Source: Eledone cirrhosa
Lineage: Eukaryota
Direction: 5' to 3'
Length of the DNA stretch: 64,000 nucleotides
NCBI GenBank assembly: GCA_964016885.1
Contig: OZ024749.1
Coordinates: forward strand, 18,848,001-18,912,000
The notes beneath the pieces were generated by a model. That model did no database searches, had not been told where the DNA came from, and worked only from the letters and a program-made list of their open reading frames with translations. Both the position numbers and the translations under genes were made by a program. Each line of letters starts with the position of its first letter. Position 1 is the first letter of the stretch. Shown piece after piece: positions 43,701 through 58,700 of the stretch.

Positions 43701-46700
43701 CAGTGATGGTAGTGATGACATTGATGACAGTGACGGTAGTGATGACAGTGATGGCAGTGATGACAGTGATGACAGTGATGGTAGTGATGGTAGTGATGGT
43801 ACTGATGACAGTGATGGCAGTGATGACAGTGATGGTAGTGATGACAGTGATGGCAGTGATGACAGTGATGACAGTGATGTTAGTGATGACAGTGATGACA
43901 GTGATGACAGTGATGGTAGTGATGACAGTGATGACAGTGATGACAGTGATGGTAGTGATGACAGTGATGACAGTGATGGCAGTGATGACAGTGATGGTAG
44001 TGATGACAGTGATTACAGTGATGACAGTGATGGCAGTGATGACAGTGATGGTAGTGATGACAGTGATGGTAGTGATGATAGTGATGACAGTGATGACAGT
44101 GATGGCAGTGATGACAGTGATGACAGTGATGACAGTGATGACAGTGATGGTAGTGATGACATTGATGACAGTGATGACAGTGATGGTAGTGATGGCAGTG
44201 ATGACAGTGATGACAGTGATGGTAGTGATGACAGTGATGACAGTGATGACAGTGATGAGAGTGATGACAGTGATGGTAGTGATGACAGTGATGGTAGTGA
44301 TGACAGTGATGACAGTGATGGTAGTGATGACAGTGATGGTAGTGATGACAGTGATGGTAGTGATGACAGTGATGGCAGTGATGGAAGTGATGGTAGTGAT
44401 GACAGTGATGACAGTGATGGCAGTGATGACAGTGATGGTAGTGATGGTAGTGATGACAGTGATGGCAGTGATGGGAGTGATGGTAGTGATGACAGTGATG
44501 ACATTGATGGCAGTGATGACAGTGATGGTAGTGATGACAGTGATGGTAGTGATGACAGTGATGACAGTGATGGCAGTGATGACAGTGATGGTAGTGATGA
44601 CAGTGATGGTAGTGATGACAGTGATGGTAGTGATGACAGTGATGACAGTGATGGTAGTGATGGTAGTGATGGTAATGATGACAGTGATGGCAGTGATGAC
44701 AGTGATGGTAGTGATGACAGTGATGGTAGTGATGACAGTGATGGTAGTGATGGTAGTGATGACAGTGATGACAGTGATGACAGTGATGGTAGTGATGGCA
44801 GTGATGGTAGTGATGACAGTGATGACAGTTATGGCAGTGATGACAGTGATGGTGGTGAAGGTAGTGATGGCAGTGATGACAGTGATGACAGTGATGGTAG
44901 TGATGGTACTGATGACAGTGATGGCAGTGATGACAGTGATGGTAGTGATGGCAGTGATGACAGTGATGACAGTGATGGCAATGATGGTAGAGATGGTAGT
45001 GATGACAGTGATGGCAGTGATGACAGTGATGGTAGTGATGGCAGTGATGGTAGTGATGACCGTGATGGTAGTGATGGCAGTGATGGTAGTGATGACAGTG
45101 ATGGTAGTGATGACAGTGATGGTAGTGATGACAGTGATGGTAGTGATGGCAGTGATGACAGTGATGGTAGTGATGGCAGTGATGGTAGTGATGACAGTGA
45201 TGGTCGTGATGACAGTGATGGTAGTGATGACAGTGATGACAGTGATGGTAGTGATGACAGTGATGACAGTGATGGTAATGATGACAGTGATGACAGTGAT
45301 GACAGTGATGGCAGTGATGACAGTGATGGTAGTGATGACAGTGATGGTAGTGATGACAGTGATGACAGTGATGACAGTGATGACAGTGATGGTAGTGATG
45401 ACAGTGATGACAGTGATGACAGTGATGGTAGTGATGACAGTGATGGTAGTGATGACAGTGATGACAGTGATGGTAATGATGACAGTGATGACAGTGATGA
45501 CAGTGATGGCAGTGATGACAGTGATGACAGTGATGGATGACAGTGATGGTAGTGATGACAGTGATGACAGTGATGGCAGTGATGACAGTGATGGTAGTGA
45601 TGACAGTGATGACAGTGATGACAGTGATGGTAGTGATGACAGTGATGACAGTGATGGTAGTGATGACAGTGGTGACAGTGATGACAGTGATGGTAGTGAG
45701 GACAGTGATGGTAGTGATGGTAGTGATGGCAGTGATGACAGTGATGGTAGTGATGGCAGTGATGACAGTGATGATAGTGATGGCAGTGATGGTAGTGATG
45801 ACATTGATGACAGTGATGACAGTGATGACAGTGATGACAGTGATGGTAGTGATGACAGTGATGACAGTGATGGTAGTGATGACAGTGATGACAGTGATGG
45901 CAGTGATGACAGTGATGGTAGTGATGACAGTGATTACAGTGATGACAGTGATGGCAGTGATGACAGTGATGGTAGTGATGACAGTGATGGTAGTGATGAT
46001 AGTGATGACAGTGATGGCAGTGATGACAGTGATGACAGTGATGACAGTGATGGTAGTGATGACATTGATGACAGTGATGACAGTGATGGTAGTGATGACA
46101 GTGATGACAGTGATGGTAGTGATGACAGTGATGGTAGTGATGACAGTGATGACAGTGATGGTAGTGATGACAGTGATGGCAGTGATGGTAGTGATGACAG
46201 TGATGACAGTGATGGTAGTGATGGCAGTGATGGCAGTGATGACAGTGATGGTAGTGATGACAGTGATGGTAGTGATGACAGTGATGACAGTGATGACAGT
46301 GATGGTAGTGATGACAGTGATGGTAGTGATGGCAGTGATGGTAGTGATGACAGTGATGACAGTGATGGTAGTGATGACAGTGATGGTAGTGATGACAGTG
46401 ATGGCAGTGATGGTAGTGATGACAGTGATGACAGTGATGACAGTGATGGTAGTGATGGTAGTGATGGCAGTGATGACAGTGATGGTAGTAATGACAGTGA
46501 TGGTAGTGATGACAGTGATGGTAGTGATGGTAGTGATGACAGTGATGACAGTGATGGCAGTGATGACAGTGATGGTAGTGATGACAGTGATGGCAGTGAT
46601 GGTAGTGATGACAGTGATGGTAGTGATGACAGTGATGACAGTGATGGTAGTGATGGTAGTGATGGTAATGATGACAGTGATGGCAGTGATGACAGTGATG

Positions 46701-49700
46701 GTAGTGATGACAGTGATGGTAGTGATGACAGTGATGGTAGTGATGGTAGTGATGACAGTGATGACAGTGATGACAGTGATGGTAGTGATGGCAGTGATGG
46801 TAGTGATGACAGTGATGACAGTGATGGCAGTGATGACAGTGATGGTGGTGAAGGTAGTGATGGCAGTGATGACAGTGATGACAGTGATGGTAGTGATGGT
46901 ACTGATGACAGTGATGGCAGTGATGACAGTGATGACAGTGATGGTAGTGATGGCAGTGATGACAGTGATGGCAGTGATGGCAGTGATGACAGTGATGGCA
47001 ATGATGGTAGAGATGGTAGTGATGACAGTGATGGCAGTGATGAGTGATGGTAGTGATGGCAGTGATGGTAGTGATGACAGTGATGGTAGTGATGGCAGTG
47101 ATGGTAGTGATGACAGTGATGGTAGTGATGACAGTGATGGTAGTGATGACAGTGATGGTAGTGATGGCAGTGATGACAGTGATGGTAGTGATGGCAGTGA
47201 TGGTAGTGATGACAGTGATGGTCGTGATGACAGTGATGGTAGTGATGACAGTGATGACAGTGATGGTAGTGATGACAGTGATGACAGTGATGGTAATGAT
47301 GACAGTGATGACAGTGATGACAGTGATGGCAGTGATGACAGTGATGGTAGTGATGACAGTGATGGTAGTGATGACAGTGATGACAGTGATGACAGTGATG
47401 ACAGTGATGGTAGTGATGACAGTGATGACAGTGATGACAGTGATGGTAGTGATGACAGTGATGGTAGTGATGACAGTGATGACAGTGATGGTAATGATGA
47501 CAGTGATGACAGTGATGACAGTGATGGCAGTGATGACAGTGATGACAGTGATGGATGACAGTGATGGTAGTGATGACAGTGATGACAGTGATGGCAGTGA
47601 TGACAGTGATGGTAGTGATGACAGTGATGACAGTGATGGCAGTGATGACAGTGATGGTAGTGATGACAGTGATGACAGTGATGACAGTGATGGTAGTGAT
47701 GACAGTGATGACAGTGATGGTAGTGATGACAGTGGTGACAGTGATGACAGTGATGGTAGTGAGGACAGTGATGGTAGTGATGGTAGTGATGGCAGTGATG
47801 ACAGTGATGGTAGTGATGGCAGTGATGACAGTGATGATAGTGATGGCAGTGATGGTAGTGATGACATTGATGACAGTGATGACAGAGATGACAGTGATGA
47901 CAGTGATGACAGTGATGGTAGTGATGACAGTGATGACAGTGATGGTAGTGATGACAGTGATGACAGTGATGGCAGTGATGACAGTGATGGTAGTGATGAC
48001 AGTGATTACAGTGATGACAGTGATGGCAGTGATGACAGTGATGGTAGTGATGACAGTGATGGTAGTGATGATAGTGATGACAGTGATGGCAGTGATGACA
48101 GTGATGACAGTGATGACAGTGATGGTAGTGATGACATTGATGACAGTGATGACAGTGATGGTAGTGATGGCAGTGATGACAGTGATGACAGTGATGGTAG
48201 TGATGACAGTGATGACAGTGATGAGAGTGATGACAGTGATGGTAGTGATGACAGTGATGGTAGTGATGACAGTGATGACAGTGATGGTAGTGATGACAGT
48301 GATGGTAGTGATGACAGTGATGGTAGTGATGACAGTGATGGCAGTGATGGAAGTGATGGTAGTGATGACAGTGATGACAGTGATGGCAGTGATGACAGTG
48401 ATGGTAGTGATGGTAGTGATGACAGTGATGGTAGTGATGACAGTGATGGCAGTGATGGTAGTGATGACAGTGATGACATTGATGGCAGTGATGACAGTGA
48501 TGGTAGTGATGACAGTGATGGTAGTGATGACAGTGATGGCAGTGATGACAGTGATGTTAGTGATGACAGTGATGGTAGTGATGACAGTGATGGCAGTGAT
48601 GACAGTGATGGTAGTGATGACAGTGATGGTAGTGATGACAGTGATGGCAGTGATGGTAGTGATGGTATTGATGACAGTGATGGTAGTGATGACAGTGATG
48701 ACAGTGATGGTAGTGATGACAGTGATGGCAGTGATGACAGTGATGGTAGTGATGACAGTGATGGTAGTGATGACAGTGATGGCAGTGATGGTAGTGATGG
48801 CAGTGATGACACTGTTGACAGTGATGGCAGTGATGACAGTGATGGTAGTGATGACAGTGATGGCAGTGATGACAGTGATGGTAGTGATGACAGTGATGGT
48901 AGTGATGACAGTGATGGCAGTGATGGTAGTGATGGTATTGATGACAGTGATGACAGTGATGACACTGATGACAGTGATGACAGTGATGGCAGTGATGACA
49001 GTGATGGCAGTGATGACAGTGATGGTAGTGATGACAGTGATGGTAGTGATGACAGTGATGGTAGTGATGGCAGTGATGACAGTGATGGTAGTGATGGCAG
49101 TGATGGTAGTGATGACAGTGATGGTCGTGATGACAGTGATGGTAGTGATGACAGTGATGACAGTGATGGTAGTGATGACAGTGATGACAGTGATGGTAAT
49201 GATGACAGTGATGACAGTGATGACAGTGATGGCAGTGATGACAGTGATGGTAGTGATGACAGTGATGGTAGTGATGACAGTGATGACAGTGATGACAGTG
49301 ATGGTAGTGATGACAGTGATGACAGTGATGGCAGTGATGACAGTGATGGTAGTGATGACAGTGATGACAGTGATGACAGTGATGGTAGTGATGACAGTGA
49401 TGGTAGTGATGAGAGTGATGACAGTGATGGTAATGATGACAGTGATGACAGTGATGACAGTGATGGCAGTGATGACAGTGATGACAGTGATGGATGACAG
49501 TGATGGTAGTGATGACAGTGATGACAGTGATGGCAGTGATGACAGTGATGGTAGTGATGACAGTGATGACAGTGATGGCAGTGATGACAGTGATGGTAGT
49601 GATGACAGTGATGACAGTGATGACAGTGATGGTAGTGATGACAGTGATGGCAGTGATGGTAGTGATGACAGTGGTGACAGTGATGACAGTGATGGTAGTG

Positions 49701-52700
49701 AGGACAGTGATGGTAGTGATGGTAGTGATGGCAGTGATGACAGTGATGGTAGTGATGGCAGTGATGACAGTGATGATAGTGATGGCAGTGATGGTAGTGA
49801 TGACATTGATGACAGTGATGACAGTGATGACAGTGATGACAGTGATGACAGTGATGGTAGTGATGACAGTGATGACAGTGATGGTAGTGATGACAGTGAT
49901 GACAGTGATGACAGTGATGGCAGTGATGACAGTGATGGTAGTGATGACAGTGATTACAGTGATGACAGTGATGGCAGTGATGACAGTGATGGTAGTGATG
50001 ACAGTGATGGTAGTGATGATAGTGATGACAGTGATGACAGTGATGGCAGTGATGACAGTGATGACAGTGATGACAGTGATGACAGTGATGGTAGTGATGA
50101 CATTGATGACAGTGATGACAGTGATGGTAGTGATGGCAGTGATGACAGTGATGACAGTGATGGTAGTGATGACAGTGATGACAGTGATGACAGTGATGAG
50201 AGTGATGACAGTGATGGTAGTGATGACAGTGATGGTAGTGATGACAGTGATGACAGTGATGGTAGTGATGACAGTGATGGTAGTGATGACAGTGATGGTA
50301 GTGATGACAGTGATGGCAGTGATGGAAGTGATGGTAGTGATGACAGTGATGACAGTGATGGCAGTGATGACAGTGATGGTAGTGATGGTAGTGATGACAG
50401 TGATGGCAGTGATGGAAGTGATGGTAGTGATGACAGTGATGACATTGATGGCAGTGATGACAGTGATGGTAGTGATGACAGTGATGGTAGTGATGACAGT
50501 GATGGCAGTGATGACAGTGATGTTAGTGATGACAGTGATGGTAGTGATGACAGTGATGGCAGTGATGACAGTGATGGTAGTGATGACAGTGATGGTAGTG
50601 ATGACAGTGATGGCAGTGATGGTAGTGATGGTATTGATGACAGTGATGGTAGTGATGACAGTGATGACAGTGATGACACTGATGACAGTGATGGCAGAGA
50701 TGACAGTGATGGTAGTGATGACAGTGATGGTAGTGATGACAGTGATGGTAGTGATGACAGTGATGGCAGTGATGGAAGTGATGGTAGTGATGACAGTGAT
50801 GACAGTGATGGCAGTGATGACAGTGATGGTAGTGATGACAGTGATGGCAGTGATGGCAGTGATGACAGTGATGGTAGTGATGGTAGTGATGACAGTGATG
50901 GTAGTGATGACATTGATGGTAGTGATGGTACTGATGACAGTGATGTTAGTGATGACAGTGATGACAGTGATGGTAGTGATGACAGTGATGGTAGTGATGA
51001 CAGTGATGACAGTGATGGCAGTGATGACAGTGATGGTAGTGATGACAGTGATGACAGTGATGGCAGTGATGACAGTGATGGTAGTGATGACAGTGATGGC
51101 AGTGATGACAGTGATGGTAGTGATGGTACTGATGACAGTGATGTTAGTGATGGTACTGATGACAGTGATGTTAGTGATGACAGTGATGACAGTGATGGTA
51201 GTGATGACAGTGATGACAGTGATGGTAGTGATGACAGTGATGGTAGTGATGACATTGATGACAGTGACGGTAGTGATGACAGTGATGGCAGTGATGACAG
51301 TGATGACAGTGATGACAGTGATGGTAGTGATGGTACTGATGACAGTGATGGCAGTGATGACAGTGATGGTACTGATGACAGTGATGGCAGTGATGACAGT
51401 GATGGTAGTGATGACAGTGATGGCAGTGATGACAGTGATGGTAGTGATGGTACTGATGACAGTGATGTTAGTGATGACAGTGATGACAGTGATGACAGTG
51501 ATGGTAGTGATGACAGTGATGACAGTGATGGTAGTGATGACAGTGATGGTAGTGATGACAGTGATGGTAGTGATGACAGTGATGGTAGTGATGACAGTGA
51601 TGACAGTGATGACAGTGATGGTAGTGATGACAGTGATGGTAGTGATGGCAGTGATGGTAGTGATGACAGTGATGACAGTGATGGTAGTGATGACAGTGAT
51701 GGTAGTGATGACAGTGATGACAGTGATGGTAGTGATGACAGTGATGGCAGTGATGGTAGTGATGACAGTGATGACAGTGATGACAGTGATGGTAGTGATG
51801 GCAGTGATGGCAGTGATGGTAGTGATGGTAGTGATGACAGTGATGACAGTGATGGTAGTGATGACAGTGATGGTAGTGATGGCAGTGATGGTAGTGATGA
51901 CAGTGATGACAGTGATGGTAGTGATGACAGTGATGGTAGTGATGACAGTGATGACAGTGATGGTAGTGATGACAGTGATGGCAGTGATGGTAGTGATGAC
52001 AGTGATGACAGTGATGACAGTGATGGTAGTGATGGTAGTGATGGCAGTGATGACAGTGATGGTAGTAATGACAGTGATGGTAGTGATGACAGTGATGGTA
52101 GTGATGGTAGTGATGACAGTGATGACAGTGATGGCAGTGATGACAGTGATGGTAGTGATGACAGTGATGGCAGTGATGGTAGTGATGACAGTGATGGTAG
52201 TGATGACAGTGATGACAGTGATGGTAGTGATGGTAGTGATGGTAATGATGACAGTGATGGCAGTGATGACAGTGATGGTAGTGATGACAGTGATGGTAGT
52301 GATGACAGTGATGGTAGTGATGGTAGTGATGACAGTGATGACAGTGATGGTAGTGATGGTAGTGATGGCAGTGATGGTAGTGATGACAGTGATGACAGTG
52401 ATGGCAGTGATGACAGTGATGGTGGTGAAGGTAGTGATGGTACTGATGACAGTGATGTTAGTGATGACAGTGATGACAGTGATGACAGTGATGGTAGTGA
52501 TGACAGTGATGACAGTGATGGTAGTGATGACAGTGATGGTAGTGATGACATTGATGACAGTGACGGTAGTGATGACAGTGATGGCAGTGATGACAGTGAT
52601 GGCAGTGATGGTAGTGATGGTAGTGATGGTACTGATGACAGTGATGGCAGTGATGACAGTGATGGTAGTGATGACAGTGATGGCAGTGATGACAGTGATG

Positions 52701-55700
52701 ACAGTGATGTTAGTGATGACAGTGATGACAGTGATGACAGTGATGGTAGTGATGACAGTGATGACAGTGATGACAGTGATGGTAGTGATGACAGTGATGG
52801 TAGTGATGACAGTGATGGTAGTGATGACAGTGATGGTAGTAATGACAGTGATGACAGTGATGACAGTGATGGTAGTGATGACAGTGATGGTAGTGATGGC
52901 AGTGATGGTAGTGATGACAGTGATGGTAGTGATGACAGTGATGGTAGTGATGACAGTGATGACAGTGATGGTAGTGATGACAGTGATGGCAGTGATGGTA
53001 GTGATGACAGTGATGACAGTGATGGTAGTGATGGCAGTGATGACAGTGATGGTAGTGATGACAGTGATGGTAGTGATGACAGTGATGACAGTGATGACAG
53101 TGATGGTAGTGATGACAGTGATGGTAGTGATGGCAGTGATGGTAGTGATGACAGTGATGACAGTGATGGTAGTGATGACAGTGATGGTAGTGATGACAGT
53201 GATGACAGTGATGGTAGTGATGACAGTGATGGCAGTGATGGTAGTGATGACAGTGATGACAGTGATGACAGTGATGGTAGTGATGGTAGTGATGGCAGTG
53301 ATGACAGTGATGGTAGTAATGACAGTGATGGTAGTGATGACAGTGATGGTAGTGATGGTAGTGATGACAGTGATGACAGTGATGGCAGTGATGACAGTGA
53401 TGGTAGTGATGACAGTGATGGTAGTGATGACAGTGATGGCAGTGATGACAGTGATGACAGTGATGGTAGTGATGGTAGTGATGGTAATGATGACAGTGAT
53501 GGCAGTGATGACAGTGATGGTAGTGATGACAGTGATGGTAGTGATGACAGTGATGGTAGTGATGGTAGTGATGACAGTGATGACAGTGATGACAGTGATG
53601 GTAGTGATGGCAGTGATGGTAGTGATGACAGTGATGACAGTGATGGCAGTGATGACAGTGATGGTGGTGAAGGTAGTGATGGCAGTGATGACAGTGATGA
53701 CAGTGATGGTAGTGATGGTACTGATGACAGTGATGGCAGTGATGACAGTGATGACAGTGATGGTAGTGATGGCAGTGATGACAGTGATGGCAGTGATGGC
53801 AGTGATGACAGTGATGGCAATGATGGTAGAGATGGTAGTGATGACAGTGATGGCAGTGATGACAGTGATGGTAGTGATGGCAGTGATGGTAGTGATGACA
53901 GTGATGGTAGTGATGGCAGTGATGGTAGTGATGACAGTGATGGTAGTGATGACAGTGATGGTAGTGATGACAGTGATGGTAGTGATGGCAGTGATGACAG
54001 TGATGGTAGTGATGGCAGTGATGGTAGTGATGACAGTGATGGTCGTGATGACAGTGATGGTAGTGATGACAGTGATGACAGTGATGGTAGTGATGACAGT
54101 GATGACAGTGATGGTAATGATGACAGTGATGACAGTGATGGTAGTGATGACAGTGATGGTAGTGATGACAGTGATGACAGTGATGACAGTGATGACAGTG
54201 ATGGTAGTGATGACAGTGATGACAGTGATGACAGTGATGGTAGTGATGACAGTGATGGTAGTGATGACAGTGATGACAGTGATGGTAATGATGACAGTGA
54301 TGACAGTGATGGCAGTGATGACAGTGATGACAGTGATGGATAACAGTGATGGTAGTGATGACAGTGATGACAGTGATGGCAGTGATGACAGTGATGGTAG
54401 TGATGACAGTGATGACAGTGATGGCAGTGATGACAGTGATGGTAGTGATGACAGTGATGACAGTGATGACAGTGATGGTAGTGATGACAGTGATGACAGT
54501 GATGGTAGTGATGACAGTGGTGACAGTGATGACAGTGATGGTAGTGAGGACAGTGATGGTAGTGATGGTAGTGATGGCAGTGATGACAGTGATGGTAGTG
54601 ATGGCAGTGATGACAGTGATGATAGTGATGGCAGTGATGGTAGTGATGACATTGATGACAGTGATGACAGAGATGACAGTGATGACAGTGATGACAGTGA
54701 TGGTAGTGATGACAGTGATGACAGTGATGGTAGTGATGACAGTGATGACAGTGATGGCAGTGATGACAGTGATGGTAGTGATGACAGTGATTACAGTGAT
54801 GACAGTGATGGCAGTGATGACAGTGATGGTAGTGATGACAGTGATGGTAGTGATGATAGTGATGACAGTGATGGCAGTGATGACAGTGATGACAGTGATG
54901 ACAGTGATGGTAGTGATGACATTGATGACAGTGATGACAGTGATGGTAGTGATGACAGTGATGACAGTGATGGTAGTGATGACAGTGATGGTAGTGATGA
55001 CAGTGATGACAGTGATGGTAGTGATGACAGTGATGGTAGTGATGACAGTGATGACAGTGATGGTAGTGATGGCAGTGATGGCAGTGATGACAGTGATGGT
55101 AGTAATGACAGTGATGGTAGTGATGACAGTGATGACAGTGATGACAGTGATGGTAGTGATGACAGTGATGGTAGTGATGGCAGTGATGGTAGTGATGACA
55201 GTGATGACAGTGATGGTAGTGATGACAGTGATGGTAGTGATGACAGTGATGGTAGTGATGACAGTGATGGCAGTGATGGTAGTGATGACAGTGATGACAG
55301 TGATGACAGTGATGGTAGTGATGGTAGTGATGGCAGTGATGACAGTGATGGTAGTAATGACAGTGATGGTAGTGATGACAGTGATGGTAGTGATGGTAGT
55401 GATGACAGTGATGACAGTGATGGCAGTGATGACAGTGATGGTAGTGATGACAGTGATGGCAGTGATGGTAGTGATGACAGTGATGGTAGTGATGACAGTG
55501 ATGACAGTGATGGTAGTGATGGTAGTGATGGTAATGATGACAGTGATGGCAGTGATGACAGTGATGGTAGTGATGACAGTGATGGTAGTGATGACAGTGA
55601 TGGTAGTGATGGTAGTGATGACAGTGATGACAGTGATGACAGTGATGGTAGTGATGGCAGTGATGGTAGTGATGACAGTGATGACAGTGATGGCAGTGAT

Positions 55701-58700
55701 GACAGTGATGGTGGTGAAGGTAGTGATGGCAGTGATGACAGTGATGACAGTGATGGTAGTGATGGTACTGATGACAGTGATGGCAGTGATGACAGTGATG
55801 ACAGTGATGGTAGTGATGGCAGTGATGACAGTGATGGCAGTGATGGCAGTGATGACAGTGATGGCAATGATGGTAGAGATGGTAGTGATGACAGTGATGG
55901 CAGTGATGACAGTGATGGTAGTGATGGCAGTGATGGTAGTGATGACAGTGATGGTAGTGATGGCAGTGATGGTAGTGATGACAGTGATGGTAGTGATGAC
56001 AGTGATGGTAGTGATGACAGTGATGGTAGTGATGGCAGTGATGACAGTGATGGTAGTGATGGCAGTGATGGTAGTGATGACAGTGATGGTCGTGATGACA
56101 GTGATGGTAGTGATGACAGTGATGACAGTGATGGCAGTGATGACAGTGATGGTAGTGATGACAGTGATGGCAGTGATGGTAGTGATGACAGTGATGACAG
56201 TGATGGCAGTGATGACAGTGATGGTAGTGATGACAGTGATGGCAGTGATGGTAGTGATGACAGTGATGGTAGTGATGACAGTGATGACAGTGATGGTAGT
56301 GATGGTAGTGATGGTAATGATGACAGTGATGGCAGTGATGACAGTGATGGTAGTGATGACAGTGATGGTAGTGATGACAGTGATGGTAGTGATGGTAGTG
56401 ATGACAGTGATGACAGTGATGGTAGTGATGGTAGTGATGGCAGTGATGGTAGTGATGACAGTGATGACAGTGATGGCAGTGATGACAGTGATGGTGGTGA
56501 AGGTAGTGATGGTACTGATGACAGTGATGTTAGTGATGACAGTGATGACAGTGATGACAGTGATGGTAGTGATGACAGTGATGGTAGTGATGACAGTGAT
56601 GGTAGTGATGACATTGATGACAGTGACGGTAGTGATGACAGTGATGGCAGTGATGACAGTGATGACAGTGATGGTAGTGATGGTAGTGATGGTACTGATG
56701 ACAGTGATGACAGTGATGTTAGTGATGACAGTGATGACAGTGATGGTAGTGATGACAGTGATGGCAGTGATGACAGTGATGACAGTGATGTTAGTGATGA
56801 CAGTGATGACAGTGATGACAGTGATGTTAGTGATGACAGTGATGACAGTGATGACAGTGATGGTAGTGATGACAGTGATGACAGTGATGACAGTGATGGT
56901 AGTGATGACAGTGATGACAGTGATGGCAGTGATGACAGTGATGGTAGTGATGACAGTGATTACAGTGATGACAGTGATGGCAGTGATGACAGTGATGGTA
57001 GTGATGACAGTGATGGTAGTGATGATAGTGATGACAGTGATGACAGTGATGGCAGTGATGACAGTGATGACAGTGATGACAGTGATGACAGTGATGGTAG
57101 TGATGACATTGATGACAGTGATGACAGTGATGGTAGTGATGGCAGTGATGACAGTGATGACAGTGATGGTAGTGATGACAGTGATGACAGTGATGACAGT
57201 GATGAGAGTGATGACAGTGATGGTAGTGATGACAGTGATGGTAGTGATGACAGTGATGACAGTGATGGTAGTGATGACAGTGATGGTAGTGATGACAGTG
57301 ATGGTAGTGATGACAGTGATGGCAGTGATGGAAGTGATGGTAGTGATGACAGTGATGACAGTGATGGCAGTGATGACAGTGATGGTAGTGATGGTAGTGA
57401 TGACAGTGATGGCAGTGATGGGAGTGATGGTAGTGATGACAGTGATGACATTGATGGCAGTGATGACAGTGATGGTAGTGATGACAGTGATGGTAGTGAT
57501 GACAGTGATGGCAGTGATGACAGTGATGGTAGTGATGACAGTGATGGTAGTGATGACAGTGATGGTAGTGATGACAGTGATGACAGTGATGGTAGTGATG
57601 GTAGTGATGGTAATGATGACAGTGATGGCAGTGATGACAGTGATGGTAGTGATGACAGTGATGGTAGTGATGACAGTGATGGTAGTGATGGTAGTGATGA
57701 CAGTGATGACAGTGATGACAGTGATGGTAGTGATGGCAGTGATGGTAGTGATGACAGTGATGACAGTGATGGCAGTGATGACAGTGATGGTGGTGAAGGT
57801 AGTGATGGCAGTGATGACAGTGATGACAGTGATGGTAGTGATGGTACTGATGACAGTGATGGCAGTGATGACAGTGATGACAGTGATGGTAGTGATGGCA
57901 GTGATGACAGTGATGACAGTGATGGCAATGATGGTAGAGATGGTAGTGATGACAGTGATGGCAGTGATGACAGTGATGGTAGTGATGGCAGTGATGGTAG
58001 TGATGACCGTGATGGTAGTGATGGCAGTGATGGTAGTGATGACAGTGATGGTAGTGATGACAGTGATGGTAGTGATGACAGTGATGGTAGTGATGGCAGT
58101 GATGACAGTGATGGTAGTGATGGCAGTGATGGTAGTGATGACAGTGATGGTCGTGATGACAGTGATGGTAGTGATGACAGTGATGACAGTGATGGTAGTG
58201 ATGACAGTGATGACAGTGATGGTAATGATGACAGTGATGACAGTGATGACAGTGATGGCAGTGATGACAGTGATGGTAGTGATGACAGTGATGGTAGTGA
58301 TGACAGTGATGACAGTGATGACAGTGATGACAGTGATGGTAGTGATGACAGTGATGACAGTGATGACAGTGATGGTAGTGATGACAGTGATGGTAGTGAT
58401 GACAGTGATGACAGTGATGGTAGTGATGACAGTGATGACAGTGATGGTAATGATGACAGTGATGACAGTGATGACAGTGATGGCAGTGATGACAGTGATG
58501 ACAGTGATGGATGACAGTGATGGTAGTGATGACAGTGATGACAGTGATGGCAGTGATGACAGTGATGGTAGTGATGACAGTGATGACAGTGATGGCAGTG
58601 ATGACAGTGATGGTAGTGATGACAGTGATGACAGTGATGACAGTGATGGTAGTGATGACAGTGATGACAGTGATGGTAGTGATGACAGTGGTGACAGTGA